Source: Thermoplasmatota archaeon (GTDB lineage Archaea; Thermoplasmatota; E2; JACPAO01; JAHFTW01). Taken from it: DNA of 64,000 nucleotides. Shown here one piece after another: positions 28,392 through 38,333 of the stretch. The stretch covers positions 30,677 through 94,676 of the forward strand of contig JBFIHX010000008.1 of NCBI GenBank assembly GCA_041601615.1, given 5' to 3'. The notes below the pieces were generated by a model. The model did no database searches, had not been told where the DNA came from, and saw only the letters and a program-made list of their open reading frames with translations. How positions within the stretch are numbered: position 1 is the stretch's first letter; every line of letters starts with the position of its first letter. The position numbers were made by a program, and so were the translations under genes.

Positions 28392-28722
28392 AGCGGCCCA
28401 CGACGCGCTCATCGACATGCTGGAGCACGCAGAATCCGCCATGGCTCGCCTTGAACATCGCGGTGTCGAAGATCTGCTCGAAAACAAGGACCTCGCGTGG
28501 GTGATGGAACGCCTCCTCATCACCATCGGCGAAGCCGCACGGCGCATACCAGACCCAATTCGCGCACAGATGGAGCTTCCTTGGAAACGAATCGTGGGCA
28601 TGCGGAACATCTTGACGCACGATTACGGCAACGTTGACCAAGTCGCCGTAACGGACACCGTCCACAATCGACTGCCCGAGCTCGTCGCCCAGGTGCAAGC
28701 ATTCCTGTCCACAAACCCTTGA
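28384..28722 (+). CDS. hepT: HepT-type HEPN toxin (DUF86)
   Basis: R-x4-H-x-Y motif RNILTHDY. Likely TTG start at 28384, overlapping the mntA stop. Confidence 0.7.
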   Translation: MDEAAHDALIDMLEHAESAMARLEHRGVEDLLENKDLAWVMERLLITIGEAARRIPDPIRAQMELPWKRIVGMRNILTHDYGNVDQVAVTDTVHNRLPELVAQVQAFLSTNP

Positions 28723-29414
28723 ATCCCCCCTGCCTCCCCGCCCCCGTGCCCCTGCGCGTTGCCGTCCTTGCTTCCGGCCGTGGCTCGAATCTCAAAGCGC
28801 TCCTGAAGGCCATCGACAAGGGCCTCGTGGACGCCTCGGTCACCCTCGTCATCACGGACCGCCCCGGCGCTGGTTGCTTGGAGCACGCCCGCGACCATGG
28901 GGTGCCGGCGGTGGTGGAGTTGCCGCGCGAGACGGACGAGTCGCGCGCATCCTACGACGCGAGGCTCCTGCCGGTGCTTGCGGCGGAGGCGCCAGACCTC
29001 GTGGTGCTTGCGGGCTTCATGCGCATCCTGACCCCCGTGGTCCTTTCGCCGTTTGCTGGCCGCGTTGTCAACATCCATCCGGCTCTGCTTCCCTCCTTCA
29101 AGGGTGCCCATGGCATCCGCGACACTCTGGCTGCGGGGGCGCCACTTGCCGGCTGTTCGACGCATTTTGTCACGCCCGACTTGGACGGCGGGCCGCTCAT
29201 TTTGCAAGCCGCGCTCGCGGTTGCGCCGGATGATGACCAAGCGAGCCTGGGTGCCCGAGTCTTGGGCCTCGAACACCAAATCCTGCCACGCACGGTGCAA
29301 TTGATTGCCGAAGGCCGCGTCTCCATCGACTCCGAATCGGGCCTGGTGCGGATTGCGCCGGGCGCCGCCTGGACGCCCACGGTCGCTGATGCTCTCTACA
29401 GCCACGGATTCTAG
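28719..29414 (+). CDS. purN: phosphoribosylglycinamide formyltransferase
   Basis: RVAVLASGRGSNL N-terminus and the HPALLPSFKG catalytic region. Confidence 0.85.
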   Translation: MNPPCLPAPVPLRVAVLASGRGSNLKALLKAIDKGLVDASVTLVITDRPGAGCLEHARDHGVPAVVELPRETDESRASYDARLLPVLAAEAPDLVVLAGFMRILTPVVLSPFAGRVVNIHPALLPSFKGAHGIRDTLAAGAPLAGCSTHFVTPDLDGGPLILQAALAVAPDDDQASLGARVLGLEHQILPRTVQLIAEGRVSIDSESGLVRIAPGAAWTPTVADALYSHGF

Positions 29415-29415
29415 G

Positions 29416-30753
29416 ATGTCGACGCCAAACGATGTGGACCCGTGGAGCTACGAGGAGGCCCTGGAGTGGCTGTACGCTCGCCAAGGCCTCGGCATCAAGC
29501 TCGGATTGGAGAAAGTCCACGAGCTTCTAGCCCTGCTTGGCGACCCGCAGCACGCCTTCAAAGTCGTACACATCGCAGGAACCAACGGCAAGGGCAGCGT
29601 CACCCGCATCCTAGCCAACGTTTTGCACCGCGCCGGTCAGCGCGTCGGCGCCTTCACCAGCCCGCACCTCGTTCGATTTACGGAGCGCGTCGAAGTGGAC
29701 GGGGCAGAAATCAGCCGCGAGGCCGTTGCTCGCATCCTCGCCCGCATCCGGCCGCTTGTTGCCGACTTTGATGCCCGAGACGAACCGCCCACGTTCTTCG
29801 AGATCAACACGCTTCTGGCGTTCGTGCATTTCCAGGAAGCCGGCGTGGACTGGGCCGTGGTGGAAACCGGACTCGGCGGCAGGCTCGACGCCACCAACGT
29901 CGTGACTCCAGAGCTGTCCATCATCACCAACGTCGCCAACGACCACGCAGAATTCTTGGGCGACCACCCCGCCGACATCGCCTACGAAAAAGGCGGGATC
30001 ATGAAACCGGGCGTCCCCTGCGTAACCGGCGCCGAGGCCGACGCCTTGCATGTTCTGAAACTGATCAGCCGCGAATTGCGCTGCCCCATGAGCATCCTCG
30101 GCGAAGACTACGAAGTGCTCCCCGACATCAACGGCTTCCGCTTGCGCTGGCCCCTGGGAGAAGCACGGTACGACCTAGCCATGGCCGGCGCGCACCAAAT
30201 CCAGAACGCAGCACTCGTGGTCGCCGCCGCCGGAGCGCTACGAGGCCTTGGCCACACGATTCCCGAACCATCGGTCCAACAAGCACTGGCCACGGTGCAG
30301 GTGCCGGGCCGCATGGAACAATTCACCCTCCACGAACCCGTGGCCCCCGCACATGCCGTAGAAGTGCTTCTGGACGGAGCCCACAACGAGGCCGGCGCCG
30401 GCGCCCTGCGCTACCACCTCGGCCGCATCGACTGGGCCGGCTTCCACCTCATCGTCGGCTTCAACCGCGACAAAAATTGGCAAGTGATGCTGGACCAATG
30501 GATGCCCCTAGCGGCACACGTCTGGGCCGTGCCGCTTCGCACGTCGCGCAGCCTTGCCCCCGTCGAAATCTGCGCCTACGTTGCCCCCGCCGGGTTCCCC
30601 ACCGACGAAGCGCAAGACGTTGCCGACGCCATCGCACGCGCCATCGCCTCCGGGGCCCGCCGCATCGTCCTTGCCGGCAGCTTGTTCTTGGTCGGCGAAG
30701 CACGCGCCCACATCACAGGCGAGCCCATGGAGGAGATCCGTGGCAACCAGTGA
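29416..30753 (+). CDS. folC: folylpolyglutamate synthase / dihydrofolate synthase
   Basis: Start re-placed at ATG 29416. P-loop HIAGTNGKGS. Mur-ligase fold length. Confidence 0.85.
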   Translation: MSTPNDVDPWSYEEALEWLYARQGLGIKLGLEKVHELLALLGDPQHAFKVVHIAGTNGKGSVTRILANVLHRAGQRVGAFTSPHLVRFTERVEVDGAEISREAVARILARIRPLVADFDARDEPPTFFEINTLLAFVHFQEAGVDWAVVETGLGGRLDATNVVTPELSIITNVANDHAEFLGDHPADIAYEKGGIMKPGVPCVTGAEADALHVLKLISRELRCPMSILGEDYEVLPDINGFRLRWPLGEARYDLAMAGAHQIQNAALVVAAAGALRGLGHTIPEPSVQQALATVQVPGRMEQFTLHEPVAPAHAVEVLLDGAHNEAGAGALRYHLGRIDWAGFHLIVGFNRDKNWQVMLDQWMPLAAHVWAVPLRTSRSLAPVEICAYVAPAGFPTDEAQDVADAIARAIASGARRIVLAGSLFLVGEARAHITGEPMEEIRGNQ

Positions 30754-32797
30754 AGCAACACGCACACACGACTCCGAACGGCCCTGGATTGAACCTCTTG
30801 AAGCCTACCGCCAGCTTCGCGCCGCCGGCCTCCATCCGCAATTGCTGGAGGGCCTCGGAGCGCACCCAGAGGCTCGCCGCGCATACATCGCACTCGGAGC
30901 CGCCGTCCAGCTAGAAGTACGGGGCAACACGCTCACCGCCACCGAAGGCACCCAGCGATCCAAGCGCCACGATGTGCTGCCTGCCCTGCGTGAATGGACC
31001 AGCAAATACAGCGCCCAAAAAAGTGAACACGGCGTGTTTACAGGCGGCTGGATCGGATTCGTCGGCTACGAATTCCTGCACCACCTCGAACCTACACTCC
31101 CCGCCCGCTCCGCCACGACCCCCGACCTTTGCATGTGGCTATGCCGCGATGTATTGGTGTTTGATCGCGCAACCAAGCGCGTCCAGCTGCTCTGCCACGA
31201 CCTTCCGGGCGAACTAGAAGCGGACGCACGCGCCGAAGCGACCCTGCGGGCCCTGGAATCGCCGCCGGCGCCTCCTCCGCATTCAGCTCCGTCGAATCCA
31301 CCCACGCCAAACGGCGCCTGGGCCACAAGCCTCGACCAAGCCTCCTTCAAGGCCGCAACCGCCCGCCTCGTAGAACTCGTAGCATCAGGCGACCTGTTTC
31401 AGGCCAACCTCGCAACCCGATTCCAAACCCCCTGCACCGACGACCCCACAGACCTATTCTCGCGCCTAGCCGAAGCCAACCCAAGTCCCTACATGGCCCT
31501 CCTTGACGGCGGCGACTGGCAGATTGTGTCATGCAGCCCCGAACAACTGTTTGCCGTAGAGGACGGCGTCCTGCGCGCACGACCCATCGCCGGCACACGG
31601 CCCCGAGGACAGACCGCCGCAGCAGACGAAGCCCACGAGCAGGAACTCCTTTCCGACCCCAAGGAACAAGCAGAACACACCATGCTCGTGGACCTCCTTC
31701 GCAACGACGTGGCCAAAGTCGCAATGCCCGGCACCGTACGCGTCCCGGAACGCATGAGCGTGGAGCGCTACCGCCACGTGATGCACCTCGTCAGCCGCGT
31801 CGAAGGCACCGTACGCCCCGACACCGGCTTTGTCGACTGGCTCGCAGCCTTGTTTCCCGGCGGCACCATCACGGGCGCCCCCAAGCACCGCGCCTGCCTG
31901 CGCATCGCCGAAGCCGAACCCGTCGCACGCGGCCCCTACACAGGCTCCGCCGGTTGGATCGGCTGGAATGGTGACGCGCACTGGAACATCCTGATTCGCA
32001 CGCTCGTGTTGGAGGCAGGCCACGCGACCGTCCACGCCGGCAGCGGCATCGTGGCCGAATCCGACCCCGAGCGCGAATGGCTGGAAGCAGGCCACAAAGC
32101 CCAAGCCCTTCTGGAAGCAGCAACCGGCGGCGACCAAGGCGGCGGCAACCGCACACGCATCGGCGAAGTAACCCGACACGGCTCCTGGAACCCACCGCCC
32201 ATCCCTCCCGGGCCGCCCTTTGCCGCGCGCGTGCTCCTCGTGGACAACTACGATTCCTTCACCTACAACCTAGCCGACTACCTCGCATCCCTTGGCGCCA
32301 AAGTACAAGTGGTGCGCAACGACGAAGACTGGATGGGTGCCCTCGCGGCGCACGCGGCAACGCACATCGTGCTCAGTCCAGGCCCCGGCCGGCCCGAAGA
32401 CAGCGGCGCAACCCTAGAAATCGCCCACGCCGTGGCACGCGGAAATCTGAATCTGCCCGTGCTCGGCGTCTGCCTCGGACACCAAGCGCTGGCCCTGGCC
32501 GCCGGCGGGACCGTCGACGTGGGCCACGCCGTGCACGGAAAAACCGGCACCATCACCCACCAAAACAGCCGCCTGACCGAATGCCTGCCCTCGCCCATCC
32601 CTGTCGGACGCTACCACAGCCTCGTCGTGCGCCGCGACTCGCTGCCGGACTCCTGGAAGGAAACAGCTTGGCTTTCCGACGGCACTTTGATGGCGATGGA
32701 GCACCAAGAACGACCCGTCTTCGGCTTGCAGTTTCACCCGGAATCCATTTCTACCGACACGGGCCTCGAAATCTTGCGCGCGTTTCTGGTGCTTTGA
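30740..32797 (+). CDS. pabAB: aminodeoxychorismate synthase, fused component I (PabB) and glutamine amidotransferase (PabA)
   Basis: Chorismate-binding domain (PIAGTRPRG, GAPK) followed by a class-I GATase (LGVCLGHQAL, HPES). GTG start at 30740 overlaps the folC end. The ORF track over-extends to 30554. Confidence 0.85.
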   Translation: MATSEATRTHDSERPWIEPLEAYRQLRAAGLHPQLLEGLGAHPEARRAYIALGAAVQLEVRGNTLTATEGTQRSKRHDVLPALREWTSKYSAQKSEHGVFTGGWIGFVGYEFLHHLEPTLPARSATTPDLCMWLCRDVLVFDRATKRVQLLCHDLPGELEADARAEATLRALESPPAPPPHSAPSNPPTPNGAWATSLDQASFKAATARLVELVASGDLFQANLATRFQTPCTDDPTDLFSRLAEANPSPYMALLDGGDWQIVSCSPEQLFAVEDGVLRARPIAGTRPRGQTAAADEAHEQELLSDPKEQAEHTMLVDLLRNDVAKVAMPGTVRVPERMSVERYRHVMHLVSRVEGTVRPDTGFVDWLAALFPGGTITGAPKHRACLRIAEAEPVARGPYTGSAGWIGWNGDAHWNILIRTLVLEAGHATVHAGSGIVAESDPEREWLEAGHKAQALLEAATGGDQGGGNRTRIGEVTRHGSWNPPPIPPGPPFAARVLLVDNYDSFTYNLADYLASLGAKVQVVRNDEDWMGALAAHAATHIVLSPGPGRPEDSGATLEIAHAVARGNLNLPVLGVCLGHQALALAAGGTVDVGHAVHGKTGTITHQNSRLTECLPSPIPVGRYHSLVVRRDSLPDSWKETAWLSDGTLMAMEHQERPVFGLQFHPESISTDTGLEILRAFLVL

Positions 32798-32798
32798 C

Positions 32799-33653
32799 AT
32801 GGACGGACTTGCCTACATCGACGGAAGAACCACAGACCTCGGCGCCGCTCGCGTGCCCCTGCTAGACCGAGGCTACCTCCTCGGCGACGGCGTCTTCGAA
32901 ACCCTCCGCACCGCCCACGGCCAAGTCTTCCAACTTGACGACCACGCCGCACGGTTTCGCACCGGCCTCAAAGCCCTCGGCCTCGACCCAGAAGTGGAAG
33001 ACCTGTTCCAAGAAGCAGTAGCACTCCTGGTTGCCGACGGTGTTCCCAAATTGGGCGACGAACTGTACCTACGCATCAACGCCACCACCGGCGTCATGGA
33101 AGACCTCGACGGCCGCGACGCAGGCGTCACCATCACCGGCATCTGCAAACCCTTCAAGCCGTACCCCATGCGCTACTTTACCCACGGGGTCCACTTGATT
33201 CAAAGCCGCCGCGTCCTCGAAGCGCCAAGCCCGACCCGAGGCGCCAAACCCATGAGCTTCCTGCCCCACGTCATGGCACGACGCGAGGCCCACACCCGCA
33301 CCGCCCACGACGCCATCCTCTGCAACGGCGCCGGCCGCGTCGCAGAAGCGACCACCAGCAACGTCTTTGCCTACCAAGAAGGCACCGTGTACGCACCCGG
33401 AACCGACGAAGGCGCCGTGGACGGCGTCACCCGCAAATTGGTGCTCGGATTCCTGGCCGACGCAGACATTCCCGTAGACGAACGCCTGGAACTGGACACC
33501 CTACGCGAAGCCGATGAAGTGTTCGTCACCAACACCACCGGAGGCGTAGTCCCCGTCACTCGATTTGAGGACGAGCCCGTGGGCAATGGCCAGAAGGGCG
33601 AACTTACGGCGAGACTCGGCCACGCCTACGAAGACCTGGTGCGCGGTCGATGA
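32799..33653 (+). CDS. pabC: aminodeoxychorismate lyase / class-IV aminotransferase
   Basis: Fold-type IV PLP enzyme (GDGVFET) sitting between pabAB and folP. Confidence 0.65.
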   Translation: MDGLAYIDGRTTDLGAARVPLLDRGYLLGDGVFETLRTAHGQVFQLDDHAARFRTGLKALGLDPEVEDLFQEAVALLVADGVPKLGDELYLRINATTGVMEDLDGRDAGVTITGICKPFKPYPMRYFTHGVHLIQSRRVLEAPSPTRGAKPMSFLPHVMARREAHTRTAHDAILCNGAGRVAEATTSNVFAYQEGTVYAPGTDEGAVDGVTRKLVLGFLADADIPVDERLELDTLREADEVFVTNTTGGVVPVTRFEDEPVGNGQKGELTARLGHAYEDLVRGR

Positions 33654-34513
33654 GCATTCTGGGACCGGTCGCCGAGCCACGCGTGCTGCCCCTGGCGCAT
33701 GGCGGCGAACTCGTGATTCCCCGAGGCCAATGCCTCGTGATGGGCATCCTCAACGCGACCCCAGACAGTTTCAGCGACGGCGGCGAATTGGATACCCCAC
33801 TGGCCCTGGAAGCGCGCATCCGGCAGATGCTCGAAGAAGGCGCAGACATCCTGGATGTGGGCGGCGAATCGACCAGGCCCGGACACGAGCCCGTTTCTGC
33901 CGGCGAGGAACTGACCCGCGTGCTTCCTGTCATCGAAGCTATTCGACGCATCAACGAGCAAATCCCCATCAGCATCGACACCCGCAAGACCCGGGTCGCC
34001 AGACTCGCATTGGAAGCCGGCGCAAGCCTCGTCAACGATGTGAGCGGCCTCGGCGAACCAGGAATGGGCCGACTCGTCGCGGACGCCGGGTGCAGCATCG
34101 TCTTGATGCGCAGCGAGACCTGCCACGGCGACGTGGTCACGTCCACGCGCAGCCAATTGCAGGCCGCTATGGTCCGCGCTCGAACCTCAGGAATCCCCGA
34201 TCATTGCTTGGTGCTGGATCCAGGGCTTGGCTTCGGCGAACGCCCCGGCGCCAGCGTCGAAGACAACCTCGCCTTGATCGACCGCATCGCAGACTACAAC
34301 ATGGGCCGGCTGGTGCTCATCGGAGCAAGCCGCAAACGATTCGCGGGCGCCATGATTGGTGGAGCACCTAATCCACTTGACCGCGTGGAAGCAAGCGTAA
34401 AACTGGCCGTGCGCGCAGCGCAGGCCGGTGCATCCATTGTGCGCGTGCATGACGTACAGGCGACCGTGCAGGCCCTCGCGGCATCAGGTTTCCGACGCAC
34501 CGCGCTCGGCTAA
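33650..34513 (+). CDS. folP: dihydropteroate synthase
   Basis: Pterin-binding motifs ILNATPDSFSDGG, DVGGESTRPG, VNDVSG. Confidence 0.9.
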   Translation: MSILGPVAEPRVLPLAHGGELVIPRGQCLVMGILNATPDSFSDGGELDTPLALEARIRQMLEEGADILDVGGESTRPGHEPVSAGEELTRVLPVIEAIRRINEQIPISIDTRKTRVARLALEAGASLVNDVSGLGEPGMGRLVADAGCSIVLMRSETCHGDVVTSTRSQLQAAMVRARTSGIPDHCLVLDPGLGFGERPGASVEDNLALIDRIADYNMGRLVLIGASRKRFAGAMIGGAPNPLDRVEASVKLAVRAAQAGASIVRVHDVQATVQALAASGFRRTALG

Positions 34514-34543
34514 ACAGAAAGCCTGGACTCTGCTTGGATACGA

Positions 34544-35923
34544 TCAGTGGCCGTGGTCGTGACCGTGGCCATCGTCCTCGTGCTGGTCCGGCTCGGCTGG
34601 CTCGTCCGAATGCGTCGGTTCATCGTGGTGATCTGCACCGTCTCCAGAGCCCGACGGGGCGGCCGCGTGATCACCTTCGTGGTGGTGCGAAGCGTCCACA
34701 CCCTCCGGGTTGCCACGCACGTACGGCGAGGATCGCATCCCATAGTTGTCGCCATCCTCGACGGCGGGTGCGGGATCTACGGTGCGCACTTCCACATGGA
34801 AGGTCACGGCGCGACCCGTAAGCACGTCGTACTTCAGGGGCGTGTAGCCGTAGACAAGGTTGCCTTTCTCGGCGCCTTCGGTGCGGTACTTGCCATTGTC
34901 CAAGCCAAGCAGTCCCTGGCCGGGGGCGGCAGCCTGAATATCGAAGGTCTTGCCCACGTCCGGTTCCAAGTCGCGCACCAATTCATCGCCGACGATGCGC
35001 GTCAAGAGAATCGCACCCACGATGTCGGCAGGGTCGCGCTGGCCCGCCTCGGCGATGTCGAAGCGGAACGTCACGCTGCCATCGTTGAGACCGTCGCCGT
35101 CCGTGTCCACGTTGGCAGGATCGGTGCCGAGGGCGCGCTCGCGGCCGTTGGATAGGCCATCTTGATCGGTGTCGTCCGTTTCTGCTGGATCGGCCGGGTC
35201 CTGAGGGTCCGTGCCTAGGTTTGCCTCGAATGCGTCGGTGAATCCGTCGCCATCAGAGTCGGGGCCGGCGGGCACGAAGGGCGTCGCGCTCTGGCTTTCG
35301 ATGGCGACCACTCGGCCCTTGTAGGTGGGGCTGAGGTCGAACAAGGCGCCCACGGTGGGCTCGATGCTGATCTGGGTCACGAACGTGTTCATGTCCACGC
35401 TGTCCTGGGCAGGATTCACGTCCAGGCGCTGCGGGATGCGGACTGTTTTGTGATAGCCGGCGCGAGTGGGGTCGTTGCGGCTCTCGATGACCTTGATTGT
35501 GCCGTTTTCGGCTCCGATGAGCGCTTGTTCCATTTGGGCGCCGAAGCCACTCTGCTCCGAGCCGAGGGCGAAGGTCACGGGGATGCCAAACTTGGCTAGG
35601 AGTCCGGCAGAAGCAAGTGCTTCCGACACGTCACGGACCGAAAGCTGCGTTGCATTCGTGGCCAAGAGCGATTCCATGCGGGTCCGGTTTTCGTCCTTCA
35701 AGATCGCGTCGAACGCCTGCCGGAGTGCCACGGTTCCTACGGTGCCGTCCGCCGCAACAATGGTGGAGAGACCCCAAACCAGTGGTTCGTTGGTGTCCGC
35801 GTCGAGTGCGACCACGGAAGCGGTGATGATGGAGCCTGGAACGGCGCCATCCTCGGGGAATCCGGTGCAGCCACTGGATGCCAGGGCGGCGGTTGCGAGC
35901 AACAGAACGAGGAATCGGTTCAT
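34544..35923 (-). CDS. secreted lipoprotein with thrombospondin-type-3-like Ca-binding repeats and His-rich C-terminal tail
   Basis: Lipobox ALASSGC. D-x-D-x-D-G repeats ([27 protein letters not shown]). C-terminus HHHEGDH...[10 protein letters not shown]. Confidence 0.6.
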   Translation of the reverse strand: MNRFLVLLLATAALASSGCTGFPEDGAVPGSIITASVVALDADTNEPLVWGLSTIVAADGTVGTVALRQAFDAILKDENRTRMESLLATNATQLSVRDVSEALASAGLLAKFGIPVTFALGSEQSGFGAQMEQALIGAENGTIKVIESRNDPTRAGYHKTVRIPQRLDVNPAQDSVDMNTFVTQISIEPTVGALFDLSPTYKGRVVAIESQSATPFVPAGPDSDGDGFTDAFEANLGTDPQDPADPAETDDTDQDGLSNGRERALGTDPANVDTDGDGLNDGSVTFRFDIAEAGQRDPADIVGAILLTRIVGDELVRDLEPDVGKTFDIQAAAPGQGLLGLDNGKYRTEGAEKGNLVYGYTPLKYDVLTGRAVTFHVEVRTVDPAPAVEDGDNYGMRSSPYVRGNPEGVDASHHHEGDHAAAPSGSGDGADHHDEPTHSDEPAEPDQHEDDGHGHDHGH

Positions 35924-37158
35924 GAGGAAAGTCTCCGACGAAGGAAGGCGTCGAGTCGTTCGAAGGCGGCACCCAATATGTCGGTATCGGGAAGCAGCAC
36001 GAGGCGGAAGTGGTCGCGGCCGTACACTTTGTCGAAGCCGCTGCCGTGGACCGTGAGCACTTTTTCTTCGTGCAGGAAGTCGAGAACGAACTCCTTGTCG
36101 TCGCTCCAGGGCCCGGTGCCGTCCACGAGGGCATCGATGCGGGGGAAGGCGTAGAAGGCGCCGTCGGGCTTGGCGCAGTGGATCCCGTCGATTTCATTGA
36201 GTTGCTTGACGGTGAAGTCGCGGCGGACGCGCAATGCGTCATTCATGGCGGCAATGTGATCTTGGGGTCCGTCGAGTGCCACGGCTGCGGCTTTCTGGGC
36301 GATGGTGGAAGCACAAATGCGGTTGCGGGCAACCTTCAGTACGCCTTCTTTGATTTGCGCAAGGCTACCCGTGGGGTCGTTCCACAAGCCGTGCCCAAGG
36401 CGCCAGCCGGGAACGAGGTACACTTTGGACATGCCGTTCAGCGTCACCATCGGAACATCGGGCGCAACGGTTGCGCTGGCAACTTGGGTGCCGTCGAAGG
36501 TCATGTCGTCGTAGATTTCGTCCGAAATGAGGAAGGCGTGGTCTTGGTGTTCGCCCACGAGGTCGGCAAATTGCTTGACGATCTTCTCCGAATACAACGC
36601 GCCCGTGGGGTTGTTGGGGTTGATGAGGCAGACCGCTTTGGTTTTGGGCGTGAGCTTGGCGCGCACGTCCTCCACGTCCGGCTGCCAGTCCTCACTTTCC
36701 AGCGTCGCGTAGTGAACGGGAGTGCCGCCGAAGTACTTCACCAAGGAATCATACGGCGGGTAGGCGGGGCCAGGAATCAAGACCTCGTCTCCGGGGACGA
36801 TGGCAGCGCCAAGCAGCATTTGCAGGACCTCGGTGACGCCCGTGCCCACGGTCACGTCGCCCACGGCGTAGTCCATGCCGTTGCGGCGCTTTTCGCGGCG
36901 TCGAATTGCATCCACGAACGCAGGGTCTCCCTCCGAAGCCGTGTAGCCGTTGTGGCCGTCGCGTGCCGCGTCCGCTAGGGCATCGAGCATGTGCTGCGGT
37001 GGCTGGAATCCATACTGGATCGGGTCGCCGATGTTGAGCTTCAGCACCTCGTGCCCTGCTGCCTCAAGCTTGCGGGCCGGAATCACAACGTCCCGGATGG
37101 CATACTCGACCTGGAGCGACCGCTCGGCGGCGGCCAGTGCGTGCCCCGTCGTCTGCAT
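35920..37158 (-). CDS. class-I/II PLP aminotransferase (alanine/aspartate aminotransferase-like)
   Basis: NPNNPTG, SKVY (PLP-Lys) and GWRLG motifs. Confidence 0.85.
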   Translation of the reverse strand: MQTTGHALAAAERSLQVEYAIRDVVIPARKLEAAGHEVLKLNIGDPIQYGFQPPQHMLDALADAARDGHNGYTASEGDPAFVDAIRRREKRRNGMDYAVGDVTVGTGVTEVLQMLLGAAIVPGDEVLIPGPAYPPYDSLVKYFGGTPVHYATLESEDWQPDVEDVRAKLTPKTKAVCLINPNNPTGALYSEKIVKQFADLVGEHQDHAFLISDEIYDDMTFDGTQVASATVAPDVPMVTLNGMSKVYLVPGWRLGHGLWNDPTGSLAQIKEGVLKVARNRICASTIAQKAAAVALDGPQDHIAAMNDALRVRRDFTVKQLNEIDGIHCAKPDGAFYAFPRIDALVDGTGPWSDDKEFVLDFLHEEKVLTVHGSGFDKVYGRDHFRLVLLPDTDILGAAFERLDAFLRRRLSS

Positions 37159-37256
37159 GAATGAGCGGAGAGCAGGTGGGTGAAAAAACCAGGGGAACGA
37201 GGGTCTCCTCGCCCCTAGGTGCTGCCATCGGCATGAAATAGCCCGGGCCGCGTGCG

Positions 37257-38180
37257 ATGGTTATGGGCCGATTCCTGAGTGCCATGTGCGCCATCGCTTT
37301 GCTCCTGCTTGCCGGCTGCTCGCAGTCCGCGCCAGAAGGAGCGCCTGAGGAATTTGCACTCGAAACCGATCTGGCAGCAACCAAGGACACGGGCGTCATC
37401 CGCGGCATCGTCGTGGACGGATCGGTCGTGCCCATCGTGGGCGCCACCATCACTGTCTCGGGGTTGGAACGATCCACCACGAGCAACGAAAACGGCGCAT
37501 TTGGCTTTGCAGACTTACCCCCCGGCACCTACTTTCTCCAAGTCCTCCAACCAGGCTATGCTCCGGCTCAATCCAGTGTAGATGTCAAGGCCGGCGTCAA
37601 CGACCCTCCGATCGTGAAAGTGCAATTGCAGCGTGACGCTTCCACGAGCCCGTACAACTCCGCCTATCAGTTTCGCGGCTTCATGAAATGCAGCCTCAGC
37701 TACATCGCGCTTTGCGGAGTCTCCCCCGAATCCACGGGAGACAAATTCCTCGCGACATTCGAACTCAATGGCGCGCCCACTTGGCTCAACATGGAATCAG
37801 TATGGGACGGAACCCAACCCACCGGCGACCAAATGAACCTCAACATGGGACGAACTCCCGCCGGTCCGGCCACCACCTGCTGCACCGCGCAAGGCCCCAG
37901 CCCATTGCTCGTCCAAGCCAATGAAACCGTGATCCTCGAATCCGGAATCGGCGTCGAAGGAGATCTCATCGGCCGCATGTTTTCCTGGGAAATGGAAGGC
38001 ACCGGCATCGACGACCACACAGGCCAATGTGTCTACGTCGTCTTGACCACCTATTGCCAGGGCCCCGGCGTGGCGCTGGAGCAAGAATTCGAGTTGTTCG
38101 TACACGCATTCTACCACTATGCACCGCCCGAAGACTGGCGGTTTACCTCGCAACCGGACGTCCCGGCGCCGCCCTACTGA
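37257..38180 (+). CDS. lipoprotein with carboxypeptidase-regulatory-like (CarbopepD_reg) beta-sandwich domain
   Basis: Lipobox LLLLAGC. GVIRGIVVDGS...GATITV...TTSNENGAFGFADLPPGTYFLQV is typical of the CarboxypepD_reg fold. Confidence 0.6.
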   Translation: MVMGRFLSAMCAIALLLLAGCSQSAPEGAPEEFALETDLAATKDTGVIRGIVVDGSVVPIVGATITVSGLERSTTSNENGAFGFADLPPGTYFLQVLQPGYAPAQSSVDVKAGVNDPPIVKVQLQRDASTSPYNSAYQFRGFMKCSLSYIALCGVSPESTGDKFLATFELNGAPTWLNMESVWDGTQPTGDQMNLNMGRTPAGPATTCCTAQGPSPLLVQANETVILESGIGVEGDLIGRMFSWEMEGTGIDDHTGQCVYVVLTTYCQGPGVALEQEFELFVHAFYHYAPPEDWRFTSQPDVPAPPY

Positions 38181-38333
38181 GACGCGAAAGTCGCCCCTGT
38201 AGTGGCCGCTTGACGAACCGTACTTGGGCTAGGCCACGGCGCGATGCCCGCCACAGGTCCCACGAGCCGTTCGGCAAGAGAAATTCGAGCGAACAGCGAA
38301 ACGAGCCAGACTTGGCGATGGCGACAGTGCCAC

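Noticed and set aside
30554-30739. Upstream extension of the pabB-pabA fusion ORF
   Set aside because: It lies wholly inside folC in another frame. The GTG at 30740 gives the usual 14-nt translational coupling overlap.
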